From Octopus vulgaris (Eukaryota), in NCBI GenBank assembly GCA_951406725.2, contig OX597818.1, forward strand, positions 130,386,001 to 130,450,000: a stretch of 64,000 nucleotides of DNA. The letters are read 5' to 3'. The notes beneath the pieces were generated by a model. It was given only the letters and a program-made list of their open reading frames with translations. It searched no databases and was not told where the DNA came from. The stretch's first letter is position 1, and each line of letters opens with the position of its first letter. The position numbers and the translations under genes were made by a program. Shown in pieces: positions 61,646 to 64,000 of the stretch.

Positions 61646-62482
61646 AACTTATTCTGTCAGTCTCTTTGTCAAAGTTACAGGAACTTAAACACATCAGCAT
61701 CAGTTGTTAAGCAAGGGCAGGGGACAAAGACACACACACACAAACATAAATATATACACACACACATATATATATATAAATATATCTGTGTGTATCTTTG
61801 TGTCTGTGTTTGTCCCCACCACTGCTGCTTCACAACCAGTATTGGTGTGTTTGCATCCAAGTAACTTAGCAATTCAGCAAAAGAGACTGATAGAATAAGT
61901 ATCAGGTTTAAAAAAGAAGTTCTGAGGCTGATTCATTCTCCAAGTGGTTGGCATTAGGAAGGGCATCCAGCTGTAGAAACTCTGCTAGATCAAGATTGAA
62001 GCCTGGTGCAGCCATCTGGTTTGCCTGGCCTCAGTCAAATCGTCCAACCCATGCTAGCATGGAAAGCGGACGTTAAACGATGATGATGAGGAGGAGGATA
62101 TGCATATGTATATATGACAAGCTTCTTTCAGTTTCTATCTACCAAATCCACTCACAAGACTTTGAGCAACCTGAGGCTAAAGTAGAAGACGCTTACCCAA
62201 GCTGACATGCAGTGAGATTGAACCTGGAACCATGTGGGTGGAGCGCAAACTTCTTACCACACAGCCATGCCTGCACCATGTTGAAAATTTTGAATAAAGT
62301 TTTGTTATAAAATTTACACATCTTTTTGTTATGGTATCATAATTAACCTCCTCCAAAGCCCAACCGTTCTCCTCACCGTGGTGCTGGGGGTGGCATATGG
62401 TAAGTATGCTGGCTAAACGGCTCTGGCCTGGGGAAAGACCTGGCCACCTACCCCAGTATCCTGGCCGATATACTCTCTCTCT

Positions 62483-62807
62483 CTTTTACTCTTTTACTTG
62501 TTTCAGTCATTTGACTGCGGCCATGCTGGAGCACCGCCTTTAATCGAGCAACTCGACCCCGGGACTTATTCTTTTGTAAGCCCAGTACTTATTCTATCGG
62601 TCTCTTTTGCCGAACCGCTAAGTAACGGGGACATAAACATACCAGCATCGGTTGTCAAGCAATGCTAGGGGGACAAACACACAGGGCTTTGGTCGGCCTG
62701 AGGCTATAGTAGAAGACGCTTGCCCAAGGTGGCCATGCAGTGGGACTGAACCCGGAACCATGTGGTTGTTAACAAGCTACTTACCACACAGCCACTCCTG
62801 CGCCTAT
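62483..62807 (-). mobile_element. tRNA-derived SINE, family A (internal deletion)
   Basis: Matches the reverse complement of 51213-51630. Confidence 0.75.
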
Positions 62808-63199
62808 GGATCAAAAGTGTAAGAATTCTAGGACATTGATCCAACGAGTGACCGAGAGTCGACTTCGACTGAGCGGATAGAGAGAGAGAGATCATAATTA
62901 AATAATAAACATAAAATTCTGTCAGTTTTTTGTTTTTTTTAATTTCCCTGATTTCATTGAAACTTATAGCTAATTCTGGAACTCCCTTAATAAATTCCTT
63001 GTTTGGCAATGGCTGTTATTGCTGTTCATGTTGTTTTGTCCCAGGACTGTCCCGGTCAAGCAAAACCAGGAGCAAAAGCATTCCAGCCTTGACTTAGCAT
63101 CTTTTTTTCCAAACACGCACTCAACTTTAATGAAGCTAGTGTGTCATTTGAGAGACATTTAGCTGCTATCTCTAGTAGGTAGACGCACTTAGAGACTCC

Positions 63200-63900
63200 A
63201 CAAAATTGTGGTCGCTGTGATGGTAGTAGCGGTAGCGATAATAGTAGTTGCAAGGGCTACGCTGGAGGTGCTGCGAGGTGTGTGTTGGTGCGGAGGTGTG
63301 TGGTGTACTGATTGCTGTAATGGTGATAGAGATAACTCTAGTGATGGTGGTGGTGGTGACAATTGTACTAGCAGTGTTGTGATGGTCGCGTGGGGTGGGT
63401 GGGTGGGTGGATAGGGGTTGTCGGTGTTGGTGGTAATGATATTGATGATGGTGGTGGTGGTGGTGGTGGTGGTGATAAGAATATTAAAGGAGATGATAAA
63501 AGTGAAGGTAGTGACAATGGTGGTTATAGTGATAGAGAGGTGGTGATAAAAGTGGTGGTGATGGAGGTGGTAGTTTGGTGGTGGTGGTGGTGAGGGTGAT
63601 GGCACTTATATTGGTGTAGTGATGGTGGTGCTGGGGATGGTGGTGTTGGCGGGGGGGTAATGGGGGTGATGGTGGTGGTGAGGGTGATGGCAGTTATATT
63701 AGTGTGGTGATGGGGATGGTGGTGGAGGTGATGGTGGTGGTGGTGAGGGTGATGGCAGTTATATTGGTGTAGTGATGGTGGTGGTGAGGGTGATGGTGGT
63801 GGTGGGAGTGATATTGGTGTTGGTGGTAGCAATGGTGATTGTAATATTAGTGTCATGGTGGTGGTGGGGGTGGTGGGGGTGGTGTTGGGAGAGGGGGGGG
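63200..63900. repeat. (GGT)n low-complexity tract
   Basis: Direct inspection. Confidence 0.85.
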
Positions 63901-64000
63901 CTTTATGTATTGGATGCTGTTGTGGTTATGTAGACACCCCTGCTTTGTTCACCCCCTACCCCACCCCCACCCCACCGCCACCTCCATCAGCTTCCCTTAG

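Overview
Eukaryotic, AT- and microsatellite-rich DNA; the SINE/LINE repertoire suggests an octopus (inference). Bases 1-33,700 hold a head-to-tail array of five intronless minus-strand genes. Each encodes a short degenerate leader followed by tandem 91-aa (273-bp) units of the MLLE/PABC domain of cytoplasmic poly(A)-binding protein, with 11, 20, 12, 7 and 4 units (54 in total) and no RRMs. In frame upstream of the ATG lies a decayed PABPC linker, so the family probably derives from a truncated PABPC copy whose C-terminal domain was amplified. Units vary at PAM2-contacting residues. The ~3.5-kb spacers carry a half piggyBac-like MITE plus Penelope, RTE-type and Dong/R4 remnants, and one spacer has a young CR1-like LINE. 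The duplication breakpoint lies inside the MITE. Bases 34,500-64,000 are non-genic repeat DNA: Helitron-like elements, a nested Gypsy relic, SINEs, RTE remnants, Penelope-type hammerhead motifs and simple repeats.
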